A stretch of DNA of 64,000 nucleotides, taken from the NCBI GenBank assembly GCA_963693365.1, contig CAVNZM010000002.1, forward strand, positions 11,898,328-11,962,327. The letters are read 5' to 3'. The DNA is from Amoebidium appalachense (Eukaryota; Protista; Ichthyosporea). Under the pieces are notes generated by a model. The model ran no database searches, was not told the DNA's origin, and saw only the letters and a program-made list of their open reading frames with translations. The position numbers were made by a program, and so were the translations under genes. Below, one piece after another: positions 50,465 through 62,769 of the stretch; position 1 is the stretch's first letter, and the number at the start of each line of letters is the position of its first letter.

Positions 50465-50641
50465 TGTGTTGGTGGTGGGGGAAAGAATGCCTTTAAGAGT
50501 ACGATGTATACATTCATGCGGACAACACAATGCAGATTTCAAGGCACACCAGGAGTATGCATCATAAGCAGCCCCAAGTCATTCACAGTATCGGTGTTTC
50601 GACTAATTCACCTTTCCAAAGAACTCCAATACAGATAGTGT

Positions 50642-50672
<31 letters not shown>

Positions 50673-52335
50673 CCGGGGGGGGGGGGGGGGGGGGGAAGGG
50701 GGGGGTTTTGAATGCGTCATAAAGTACGAAGTACACAAGAACAAACGGATAACACGATGCAGAATGCAAGCCATACATAAAGAGTATGCATAATAAGCAG
50801 AGCCCATCCTCAGGGGGGGCCCACGTCATCCACGGTACCCGAGTTTCGACCTATTCACCTCGTTAACGAAACCCAACCCAGATACTGTTTCACTTGAACA
50901 TGAGTAGGTCACCCGTCTTGATCAGAGACGAGCAGGGTTGCTTATGCAGGCAAGGGCAGTGGGAAAGGCCGGGGGTTAAAGTTGCAGCAGTAAGCAGAAG
51001 CAAGAAAAATATAGATAGGAACTCAGGAGACGGGGCTTCTGGTAAGCTCCCCCGTCGCTACCTAAGTCGATACTTCCCTGGCTAACATACTACACCAGCT
51101 GAAAAGAATTAAGTCCCGAAGGCCGCATATTCGCAATCAGAGGGGAAAATATGAGATTTGACCTGCGCCGCAGGGTAGTAACACGCTTACTAGGGCGGAA
51201 CTTCAACGTCTTCGAACGGCAAGCTATGCCCCCGGATGTCAGCCGGAAATATGGTATCACCCATTGCTTTGGGCTTGAAAAAAGCCAAACCGATAGTCCG
51301 AGTGATGTAACGCCGGCGGGTAACATGCCGCATGGGTTCCAAGGGAGCTATCGCCAACAGAGTGGTGTGTGCATAGACATAATACAGCCATCCCCTTATC
51401 GAGCACCAAGTACACATCCACGAGGGATAACGCATCTCCGATTGCATAGCACATTACAGCACACATAGTGTACATCATAAGCAGAGCCCCAGGGAGGGCC
51501 CCGGGCACCTCGATTTTCCTATCTATATATGGGTTAGCGGGACCTGGTCGGCACATTCGGTGATGCGCCCGCGCCCAATAGCATAGGTCGATTTAGGGTT
51601 TAAGAGGTGATTGTTGTGACACACCATTTCTCTCGATTGTGGGAGCTTGTACGCCTCCTCTTCCAGGGAAAAAATGCACAAGCACTCGTTCGGGTTGTGA
51701 AGTGTCCCACAATTAAAGGTTTTATGCGGTATCAAAGCTATTTATAAGCTAAACAATCATAAAGCTGAAGTAAGGTCCGGTCTATTCGGCCTACACTCCT
51801 CTGCATAACTTTATGCCACATGCATGATCTTTCGCCAATAGAGAAGCAAAAGAATGTTTCTGGCTTGCTGGTGATGTTGATTCATTTGTGGCTAAAAAAT
51901 ACGTAATACGTCACCTGTTAATATATCAATATTTCTATATAAAACTTTCGAGCTTTTCACGTCGTGCACTAGTTATATTAGTGTTTTTAAGTTCTGTAGC
52001 GATTTATCTAATGAACGTTCTCTGTATGAACCCCATGCGGCCCATGTCATACGTCATAGCCGCAGATCCAATCACAAGCAGGTCTATCTCAGGATTTAAC
52101 GCCGGGCAGGCTGTCGGGCTGCTCAGGACTACATTGAATCCTAGCCAATCCCTCATTACCATATATAGATAGGAAAATCGAGTTGCCGGGGGGGGGGGGG
52201 GGGGGGGGGAGGTCTTCTGACTACAATGTGTGGGGAAAAAATCGACACCTACTTAAGTGTGTGTACGCGCATGTTAATCTGTCATGTGCGTGTGTGTGTG
52301 TGCATATGTGCACGGCATATGCCTGTGCGTGTGAG

Positions 52336-52377
<42 letters not shown>

Positions 52378-54134
52378 GGGGGGGGGGGGGGGGGGGTAGG
52401 TTAGAGATACAGAGTACAAAGCACACATTCACGACAGGCAACACAACCAGGCACACAGAATGAGCATGCATCATAGGCAGAGCCCATCATAAAACCGGCT
52501 CAAGTCATCCACAGTACTCGAGTTTCCGTGTATACGTGTGTGTGTGCAAGTGTGCGCGTGCAACTGTGTGTCCGCGTATGTTTGTGGTTGTGGAAAGAGA
52601 AAAAAAGGGGGGGGGGGGGGGGGGGGGGGGGGGGAGGAGTAGCCAACCTGTGAATGGCCCTGTCCATACGAAGCTCTCCTATCCGGTCCGCCGCCATAAC
52701 TCTGGGCGTATCCCCCATACCCCGCAGCCTCCGTACCATAATACGCCCCGCTAGCATCGTACCCATATGCTGATGCATCATACCCCTGCTCCCCATAATA
52801 CCCGTCCTGCGGCCCGTAACCACCGTCACTCCATCCCCCCTGACCATACACCGCCTCCTGACCCGCATATCCGTAACTTGGAGCGACGGCGGCTGGGACG
52901 TGGGGCGGGACGGGGGGTCTCATACCAACACCATTTTGAATCGGACCCCCCCTTGCCCCCATCAGCGGGCCTGCGGGGGGTCTGACGGGATATCTGGGTA
53001 CGGGGGGTCCGCGCGGCGCAAATTGGGGGGTTCCAGGAAAGGGGGGGTACGCGGCACCCATGGCGGCGCGGGTGCGTTTGATGTTTTTTTCGGCCTCCGT
53101 TTCGGCAAATTTCACCACCAGCTGCTGGGTGTGGCCTGGGGGGGTCGTACCGTGCATCTCGGCAATGGCGTAGCGGGCGTCTTCGTGTTTTACGTACGTG
53201 AGGGGATGGTTAAGGGAGATCAACAGCATTGGGGGGGGGGGGGGGGGGGGGGGGGAAAGCAGAAAAGGAAAAAAGCCTGCAAGAAACAACGATGCCAAAG
53301 ACACTATATAGGTAGCGAGGGGTTGGGGGGGGGGGGAGGGGGGAGGAGGGGGGGGGGGGGGGGGGGTTGTTCCGAAAGCCGGACAAGAAAAAGTAGTGTT
53401 ACCAGTAATTGACATGACGATGGGGACACCAAAACCTACAAAGCCATCCAAAGAGAAGACATCAACAGAGAAACAGGGATCAAAACCAAAAACGTCACCA
53501 CGACGACAACAACAAAAAAAGATTCCCACGAGAAACGGGAATTCGGGTCGATGAAAAAACAAAAAAAGAAGAAGAAGAAGAAGAACAACAACCACATCCA
53601 CAAAGACATACCCCCCCCCCCCCCCCCCCCCAATATATACAATTGAATAAATAAAATAAAATAAAATAATAATAATTATAGTAATAGTAGTAATAATAAT
53701 AAACAAACAAACAAACAGACATAGAACTTTATTCAAAAAGGATATCTGACAAACCCAATGCCTCGGCTCGTCCCGTCGGGGTTGCTCAAAATCGTTGCCT
53801 GCACAATCTCGCCGAACCGGGAAAACAGATTCCTTAACCCATCCACGGTTACGGTGGTGGGTAGGGGCTTCACGTAAACATTGTTTAACTCATTCCGGAC
53901 CTGTTCCTGCCGGGGAAGTTCGGCGTATTTGCAAATGAGCCTCTGACCACCAATGTCCTTTCCGTTCAGAGCTTTTATGGCGTCTGCGGCGGATTCCTTG
54001 GTGTCGTAGCGGACAAAGCTGTGTGTGTGTGTGTGTGTACGTGTGTTGTGTGTGTGCGTGTGCGAATGAGTGAAGGTGTGTGTGCGAATGAGTGAAGGTG
54101 TGTGTGTGTGTGTTTGTGTGTGCGTGCGTGGTGG

Positions 54135-54201
<67 letters not shown>

Positions 54202-54243
54202 GGTGTGTGTTGCGTGAGTGGGTGAGTGAGTGAGCGGGTCAAC

Positions 54244-54281
<38 letters not shown>

Positions 54282-54462
54282 ATGTGTCTTTGTGTTTGTG
54301 TACGTGTGTGCGAGTTGATAGTGGTGAGTGAGTGAATGAGTAGGCGTAGTGTGTGTTTGTGTGTACAAGTGCACATGCATGCATAGAGGGTGACCACACC
54401 TCATCAAAGCAAGGAGGTAAGGGGTAGGAGGGCATGGGTGGGTGGATGGGGAGTTTTTTTTT

Positions 54463-54508
<46 letters not shown>

Positions 54509-54677
54509 GGGGAGGGGGGGGGGAGGTTAGAATGCGGGACATGGTGCAAAGTACAACTACACTACGAGAAACACGGTGCAGGACACGAGATACAACCAAA
54601 GGCAAACACTCATGTATGCAACATCAGAAACCAGTGCAGGATGTAACATAAGCAAAACCCATCCTCAGGGTTGGCAT

Positions 54678-54710
<33 letters not shown>

Positions 54711-54728
54711 AGGGGTGATGTATGCCAT

Positions 54729-54786
<58 letters not shown>

Positions 54787-55146
54787 AAGCCCATCCCTCC
54801 GCCCCCCTGCCCGCGCGCATGGACGCATACACACACCCACCCACATCCGCACACACACACAAACACCCTCCCCCCCCCCCCCTCCCCCCCACACCCTCAC
54901 CCCCACCCACACCTACCCAAAGCACAGCGACTGGCCCGTCTTCTTGTCCACCATCACCCGGTGGGACATAATGTTGCCATAAAAGGCAAATAGCCCCCTC
55001 AGGGCATCGTCTGTGGAGCCACCAGGTTTTTTTTTGTATAAAAGATCAACAACAAAAAAAAAAGAAGAAAAAAAGGGAGTGAAGGGAAGAGTGCCAGAGA
55101 ACTTTTTCCCTGGGCAGGGCGGGGGGAGGCGGCCACGCGCCCGGAA

Positions 55147-55181
<35 letters not shown>

Positions 55182-55397
55182 GGGAGGGGAGAGAGAACGA
55201 AAAAAGAAAGAGACAGAGAAGGGGGAGGGGGAGAGGGAAGGACAGAAGGACGAGAGAGAAAAGACAGAAGAGAGAGGGAGGGAGGGAGAGCGAGCAAGAG
55301 AGAGATGCTTCGCGGAAAGGGGGGGGGGGGGGGAGGGGGGGAGGGGGGGAGGGGGGAGGGAGGAAGAGATTGAGAGGGAGAGGAAGAGAGAGGAAGA

Positions 55398-55478
<81 letters not shown>

Positions 55479-56415
55479 GGTGGAGGAGGGAACACGGGAA
55501 CGATAAAGAGGGATGATGCATGGTTTGAAGGCCCAGAGGAAGAAAAGGAATCCCCCCCCTCCCCCCCCCCTCGGAAACACCCACAGACACCCACAGACAC
55601 CCACCCACCCACCCACCCACACACACACCTGTGATGGTAGGGGGCAGGTTGCGCACGTAAACGTTGAAAGGGTCGCAATTGGCTGTGGGGCCAACATGCG
55701 CACCACCCTCCCCGTTCTGTCCGAGTGTGAAGAGATCAGGTGAAAAGAAAAAAAGACACAGGAGAAAAGGAAAAAACAGAAAAGGAAAAAAGCGTAAGGA
55801 AAAAAAAAAAGACAGGAGAAAGGGAAAAAAGAGTAAGGAAAAAAAAAGCGAAGCCAGTAAGTTTCCGAAATAGCAGTGTGAACACCTCAATCCCTAAGAA
55901 CACCTACCCTACCACCCGCCTTACCCCTACACCCCTTCCCCCTCCCTTGCCCCCCCCCCCCCCCTCCCCCCCTTTCCCCCCAGCCACAAAGCAAAACGAA
56001 AGAACCATCGAAGTAAAAAAGGATAAGATATAAAACACAAAATCCCATTACCAACATGCCTGTCTCCGAAAGTCACAGTCATTAAAAAAGCCAGGGAGAC
56101 GAGGAAAGGGTGGGGTGGGGTGGGATGGGGGGGAGGGGGGCACAAACACCATCCGAACCCCCCCCCCCCCCTGTTTGCCTCTTCACGTGTCCACCTATCC
56201 CCTCTTTCTTCATCCCCCCCCCCCCCCCCCCCCCCCACACACACACCCCACCCGTTCACCCACACCTACAAGAATGAAAAAAAAAAGAAGATGGGAAAGA
56301 AAAAACAAACCCCCTTCCTGCTGCTCCTTTCTTGCTAGCCAGCAATCCCAAGCAGTCCCCCCCCCCCCCCTCCCCCCCTCTGCCTCGCCTCCCCCCTTTC
56401 CAAGCAATCTCTCCC

Positions 56416-56448
<33 letters not shown>

Positions 56449-56549
56449 AAAACCCCTTCCCCCGATTTCCCAGAGCGTATTTCCGACCACACTCATCCAA
56501 CCAGCAGGGTTAATACCTGGATGGGAACAGACTGTGTTGGCTCTCCCAT
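49607..56549 (-). CDS. ELAV/Hu/Sxl-like RNA-binding protein (RRM1-RRM2-Gly/Tyr/Pro hinge-RRM3)
   Basis: Six in-phase coding exons: 56549-56517 MGEPTQSVPIQ; 55716-55629 ...FNVYVRNLPPTIT; 55010-54917 DDALRGLF...VMVDKKTGQSLCFG; 54018-53746 FVRY...NNVYVKPLP...GTSRGIGFVR; 53197-52648 YVKHEDARYAIAEMHG...LVVKFAE plus hinge; 49942-49607 ...RYQPY...NLYITPLP...VKVMMDRNTGRSKGFGFVKY...ISVSFKK...*. RNP1/RNP2 motifs are present in all three RRMs. Confidence 0.93.
50121..51503 (-). mobile_element. Cluster of structured dispersed repeat copies (50121-50258, 50481-50646, 50706-50955, ~51450-51503) with ~500 bp of internal sequence
   Basis: Shared cores gcatcataagcagagcccatcctcaggg, gagtttcgac and cccgtcttgatcaRagacgagcagggttgcttatgca. 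The first three copies abut G-runs. All lie in the last intron of the RRM gene. Confidence 0.7.
51504..52187. mobile_element. Non-autonomous TIR element (29-bp TIRs, ~680 bp)
   Basis: ggcacctcgattttcctatctatatatgg (51504-51532) is the reverse complement of ccatatatagataggaaaatcgagttgcc (52159-52187) with 1 mismatch. No clear TSD. Confidence 0.7.
52399..52529 (-). mobile_element. Degenerate copy of the structured dispersed repeat
   Basis: A G-run is followed by ggttagag...gcatcataggcagagcccatc...caagtcatccacagtactcgagtttc. Confidence 0.6.
53198..53745 (-). other. U12-type (minor spliceosome) AT-AC intron
   Basis: 5' end ATATCCTTTTT at 53745; branch TCCCTTAACC at 53217-53208; 3' end ...CCCCTCAC at 53198. 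Removal restores RRM2 RNP1 RGIGFVR|YVKH in frame. Confidence 0.92.
54525..54678 (-). mobile_element. Copy of the structured dispersed repeat between two G-runs
   Basis: ttagaatgcgggacatggt...cacggtgcaggacac...aaaggcaaacactcatgtatgcaacatcag...cataagcaaaacccatcctcaggg aligns with 4369-4505. Confidence 0.7.
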
Positions 56550-56699
56550 TTCCGACAATCGGTGGATAGAAAAGTAGCGCCCTCCTGTCATAGACGAAAA
56601 TGAGTATCAGATGTGCGAAGAGATGTTGAAATGTTTAGACAAGTCAACGAAGGGAATGCTGGGGTATCGCAAAGACTGCGGTGGGTGGAGAGGGAGGAA

Positions 56700-56801
<102 letters not shown>

Positions 56802-57827
56802 GGGGGGGAAGGGGAATAGGAGAGAGAAAGGGATGAGGGAACTGTGAAGAGAAGCAACCGGTGAAGGAGTGAAAAGAGTTTCAACGGGCAAGAGGGCCCA
56901 GCCAGTCAAAGGAGGCGGGGGGGGGGGGGGGGGGGGGGACGGAAGGTGTGACACAGGAGAGACAGTTGATTGTCAGCTGTGTATATAGAAGAGAGGGGAT
57001 GAGGGAGTGAAGAGAGAGAAAGAGAGCAGAAGGGAGGGAGGGAGAGGGAGAAGGGAGGGAAGGTGACAGGGAGAGAGAGAGGCGGGGGAGAGGGGAGAGA
57101 AAGAGAGAGTGAGAGAGAGAGAGAGAGAGGTGGGAAAGAAGGAGAGAGAAAAAGAGGGTGTGTGTGTGTGTGTGTGTGTATGTGTGTGTGAGGAGCGACA
57201 AAGAGAGTGAGGCAGAGAGAGGGAGATAGATAGATAGAGAGAGACACACACACACAGAGAGAGAGCAAGAGAGAGGGAGAGAGAAAAGGAGGGAGGGAGG
57301 CGGGGGGGGGGGGGGGGGGGGAGAGAGAGAGAAGGGGAGAGGGAGGGAGAGAGAAAGGGGGGGGGGGGGAAGAGAGAGAGGGGGGGGGGAGAGAGAGGGA
57401 GAGAAAGAGAGAGAGAGAGAACGATGGAGAGAGAGAGAAAGGGAGGGAGGGAGAGAAGGAGGGAGAGAGAGTGAGAGAGAGTGTGTGTGTGAGGGGGGAC
57501 AGGGAGAGAGGCTGAGTGAGTGTGTACGTGTGTGAGTGCATAGGTGGGTATTATACACAGCCACTGGAGCGTGCCGAGCAACTACGACTGTACAACTTGT
57601 GTTGATTGAGATGTGCTTCTTCATGGTTTACTATGCGAAGTATATTGCGTTTCAAAGAAAATACAGCACACGCGCGCGTGTGCAAGTGTTTGTGACTCTC
57701 TTTGAGCAGAATGTGGCGGAATGTGGTGCAACACACAAGGAAGGGCGCGCGGCGGAGGCCCCGAGAAGAAGGGGGGGGGGGCTGGGACAGGGGAGAGGGG
57801 GGAGGGGGGGAAAGAAGAGGGGGAACA

Positions 57828-57860
<33 letters not shown>

Positions 57861-58099
57861 TTGGAAGGGTGGAGTAGTAGAGGCTGTACCTTTCTTCCCT
57901 CGGACGTACTTGTTTTCGATCACCAGAGCCTGCAGTAGTTATCTTTCATGAAAGAAAAAAGGGAGGAGCCTTATAGCGTTGAAATACTTACACTACAATA
58001 CATACATACGTGCAAAATGAAACACCTGCGTGCACGCGTACGACACAGTGCACTTCAAAAGGTACCCGTACGCGTGTGTCTGTGTCTGTCCGACACGTG

Positions 58100-58270
58100 T
58101 GTGTGTACAAATGGACACATGGTCACCCGGCCACGGTCACAATCTGACAAACCCCTCATGACGTCATTGGTCGCCAGGCCGTGCGCTGCCAGGAGTCCAG
58201 GACCTTGCTGGCCAGTGGGTTGGGTCAGACTCGCAAGATTTGACTCGACTCGAATTCAACCCGAATCATC
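58100..58270 (-). promoter_or_regulatory. Putative promoter of the RRM gene
   Basis: TGACGTCA at 58159-58166 directly followed by ATTGG, in CpG-rich sequence upstream of probable 5'-UTR exons. Confidence 0.3.
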
Positions 58271-58954
58271 AACCGACGATGTGAAATTATTATAGGGGGT
58301 TTGGGGCCAAGGAATTGTCCCTGAAAGTCCGAAGCGGTCCCTAGTTAGATTCGACCAATGTTTCGAAAATTGGCCCTAACTGTGTCAAATACATAGATAT
58401 GAAAATTACACCTGTTGTAAAAGCGGTTGTTGGCTTTATTAGGGCCATTTAGGCTGGTGGAAAGTTGCCAAAATAAATTTCACACCCTAATGTATGCGAA
58501 CATCGGAATGCGATCAGGCAACATCAACGAGCTCCAATCAAAAAAAAGATCCAATCGCAATTGCCATCCAATCGCAACGTGCACTGGCACTTCCCCGCCG
58601 CGCCGGACAGATCCGGACTCCCTGCGGAGTCAGACGTTGCGAACGGTTCAGGTTACGGTAGTGGTGTAAGAAAGTATGATATTCCATGAATTCTGGAATA
58701 CCTGTAAGATTTTGACCACTTGCGAAAATCATGCCAGGTGGTGGTGTACGGTTTTTATGTCATACAAATTCTGTCCAATCATTTTGACACCAAAAGTATG
58801 CTCCGATGGGGTTGATTGGTCCATGGTTCTGCATTGGTGTGATTAGCTCAAACGAATAAAGTACCTTCGGCACTGGTCAAGGTCGGGTACTGCCGATGAT
58901 TGGCTTAGCTTACCCTCGTCATCACCTAATTAGCGTTGCGAATTTGCGATAAGG

Positions 58955-59260
58955 TATTATCTATTCCAGGAATATTAAAAAATGTCTATACATTTAGCGA
59001 TTGGCTATTTATCGTGTAAAGCAAATCCGTCTTTTTCACATACAGCATTCCACCCGGCAATAGCCGGCATGCCATCGATCTAGGTTGAATGTGGGCCTTT
59101 GTAACAGCCCTCGTCGTATTGGGTGGAATGTGGGTGCCTCCGGGTGGAATGCTATTAAAAAAAACCGATAAAAGCAACGTGGCAAAATAGAACGTTGATT
59201 TCAACATTTAGAAGTGGCCAATCGTATCGCCTAGTTACACAAATCCCTGGATAAATAACG
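58955..59260. mobile_element. Possible degenerate MITE
   Basis: Imperfect terminal inverted repeats (ttatctattccaggaat / atccctggataaataa) plus symmetric subterminal cgattggc / gccaatcg. Confidence 0.35.
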
Positions 59261-59616
59261 AGTAATGTTGAGGTCCCAACACCACTCTTCTCCGCTTCGC
59301 AACATGGGCCCGGACTACGACTGACTGTACTACGAGGTTGAGCGAATGTACTGTATTATGATAAAAAATATTATTGTTTCATTTTCCAATGAAAATGCTG
59401 TTAACCCCTGAAGTAGGCAATAAACCAATGCCTTAACTTCTACATATACATACACAAACATGTATTTTAGTATAGACTGCTCATAAAGTTTCTCTTATTC
59501 AATCCAATATATATGTGCCATTGCCTGATGAGTAACTTTCGCTGTGATTGCGGCGGTTGCGATCGGAAAAACATATCACAGTTACGCAAGGGGAGCCTCG
59601 TGGCAACTGGGTAATA

Positions 59617-59656
<40 letters not shown>

Positions 59657-62600
59657 CAGGTTTTTGCAGCATTGCGAGTAAGAAACAGATCAAAGCCACT
59701 CATTTAAAATTATAAAAAAATTCTTTTGGGCCAACCCATTTCTTCAGAGCACACAAGAGTATCCGACTATACCATATTAGTACAATGAAGCCTAATATAA
59801 TGTGTGTAGTGCATCCAGAATCAAAAATATCGATCGCTGCTCTGTGATTCTCACACCGATTATCGCACGTACAAACAAAAAATGCGGGAGACTCTCGCAC
59901 GTGCTCCGGCCCATGCGTGCGCCATATAGCCGGTTGCCGGGTCAGTAATAAAAGTGGCATACCCTAACTGAGCTGGACACATACAGCAGCTTAAAAAAGT
60001 CATAACCAAAAATGTACAATGATTGATCAGCAGACAAAGTATTGATTTGACTCTGCAGCGGCAGAACAAAAAACATTGGTAAGCAATATTGGCCAAGCAA
60101 TTTTCTAGACGGTTCGATTTTGGTGTAGGGAGATTTATGGAATGTAGCCCAAGTCACGTACAGGACAATATAAGTAGGGCCAGCAAAACATGTCAGCTGT
60201 CAGCGAAGGTTTATACGTACGTGGGACATCAATACGATTTCAAGGGCTAGTGAGTGCGCAAGCGAGAAACAAAGATGTACAGTGGCGCCGTCCGTATTCG
60301 CTACTTTTTCTCAATATTTGGCAGGTAAGTTTATGAAAAAAGATATGCGCGAGCCATTCTGGGCCCCATGATCATTGAATATTTTTTTTTTCTTTTGAAT
60401 ATTCAGTTATTTCCAATGTTTTAGTCCTGCCCGAAATATTTTTCTTTTGACTCGGTTTTATTGATCCGTTGTAGGTGGACCACCAGGCGTTGAAGAAACC
60501 ACTTGTGTGTAAACCCCTCAAGTGAGAAACTCAGCAAAATATCGTAAAAATGTGAAAGATTTACAGATTAGTTCAAGTTCTCTTCTTCGCAGCCTGAAGG
60601 AATTTTTCCGCTGGGCTATCCGGACAGGGTGTGAAAATAGTGGTTGGGCTAGCTTGAGCTGGGTGGACCCAGGAAGTTCAGAATTATATGGACATTTTTT
60701 TTACATATCAGGAGACACATCCTCGATATGGGGCGTATTTCCCAGGATTTGGGAAGGCCCAGCTCTGCAGCTGTAGGCTGCACTGAGCTGTTGCCGGTGT
60801 TAATAATTATTCTCGAATTCAAAATTACATCGATATCGATATCGAAATTTATAAATCGCTATCGACAAAACCCGACGATGACACATGGACCATAGGCCTT
60901 CTACATAAGCCCTATATGTAACTTCACAACTTAAACTTGTATTTCAAAATAGAGGTGCTGTTTCTTTACCGAAAGTGAAGGTCTTTTTTCAAAAATAATT
61001 TAAATGAAGTGATAATGCCCATCTGGCATTCCTATCAGTGAACAGGAACAGCTTTGAATGCAAAATTACAAGCCCTGGTAAGTGATTGCAGATGATTTCC
61101 CATGATGCTCACGTGAACCGTGGAAAACCATGTAGAAAACTCAAGAGCCTGACAATACTAAAATCGTTTTTATGGGCTCCTGGCAGCTAATAATCCTACC
61201 TATAAAGCGAACTATAAAAAGAAGCTATTATACCTTTTATAGTTTCTTACTTTCTTACTTTGACATTTTTTATTGTTGGTCACCTTGCATGTGTTCGTTA
61301 ATCAATCATTTCTTTCTAAACGAAAAGCACGGACAGTCCTGCCACTTGTGTGTGTGCCGTGCGTGGATTCGAAAACTGGTTTCACGTTGAATGACTCAAG
61401 AGATAAGGCTGCAAACTTTCAATATAATATAGGGGGGGAGTCGTGCCCACTGCCGGCCCTGTGAGTGTTACGTGACTATCATCACGCTGGCACTGATAAC
61501 TGCACAAAACTTTGTGCTTCGTGGGTGACCATCCGATTGAAGGCCTGAAGGTTTCTGAGTGCCCTCGTTATCAACTTCTTAGTGAAGCTAGGGTTCAATG
61601 GAGGCTGATTCTGAGAACATCACAGGCGAATTTCACTGCATAAACTCCCTCAGTTTGCCATGCCAACGGGGCACTAGGCTACCCTTACTGCTATCCAAAG
61701 GCTATTGCTTTTGACGGTAGCCAGAGTTCAGACTCGGCCCTTTCTGTTCTTTCAAGTGAGACTCTGATGAAAACGAATTTCAAAGACACACCCGTTCTCG
61801 AAGATAATTCGTTTGGGGAATCGTATAGACGTGCTCAAGTGCTTACCAGCTACGTTTATATGGGCCGGTTGACACGGTTTCATTTCATCATTTGCTTTAT
61901 TGGGGCTCCCCAGGTGAGAGCGATCTTTCGAATTTCACTTGATATCATCGACCTTGGCAGGCTCAAGGGTTGCACCTTGAATTCTTGGCTTTTTGGAAAG
62001 GAGTTCTAGTCCAGTGTATTACGTTGGCGAAGACAACAAACGAGACTCGCCCAGTTGATTATGATGCAAACTGAGTACGTCGTCATCACTTAGGAGCGAG
62101 TAACAGCTGCTGTCACTCAGTGGAGCCCTCAACATTCAATCCAGACAGTGTCTCCACAAGTGGTAAGTTTCGTGTCAATGGGGTTTTTTTGGGTTTGCAC
62201 ATCTACTAGGACTGTGCTCCTTTTTTGTGTGCTGCTCAGCAAGTTTCCTGGTCTGTTGGAACCACCCTCGGTATACCCAGGATTCCTATGCCCTGCTTCT
62301 CGCTATTTAATTTGGCCTAAGAGTCAGTTACGTCTATTCTCTGTCATGCTTTATAACGATTATAACTCACCATTGTTGACAAGTTAGTAATACTGGTGGA
62401 CATTTTATTTAGCCACTTTTCATTATTGGTGAAAAATATAGTAAACGGACTCTAACAGGCTTTGAAAATAAGCACGGAACCCTGAACGTGAATGCTTCCC
62501 GAAAAAGTATACATTTCAGTAACTGTTTCACATAAGCTTGTGGCGGCTGCCACCTAACACTGCTGTTTTTGGTGTCCAAGAGTGGGCTTTGTGGTGACTA

Positions 62601-62706
62601 GGAGGAGAGAAGCGAGATCTTGATTCTAAGAAGTGCTAGGGCAACTTAAAGGCAAACGAGAAGTTCGACTGTGAGCTGGGGTAGAAATGGGATAGGGTGT
62701 GTGTCC

Positions 62707-62769
<63 letters not shown>

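Noticed and set aside
51523-51735. Short ORF with a CxC motif as a Penelope linker domain
   Set aside because: It lies inside the separate TIR element, is only 70 codons and has no other support.
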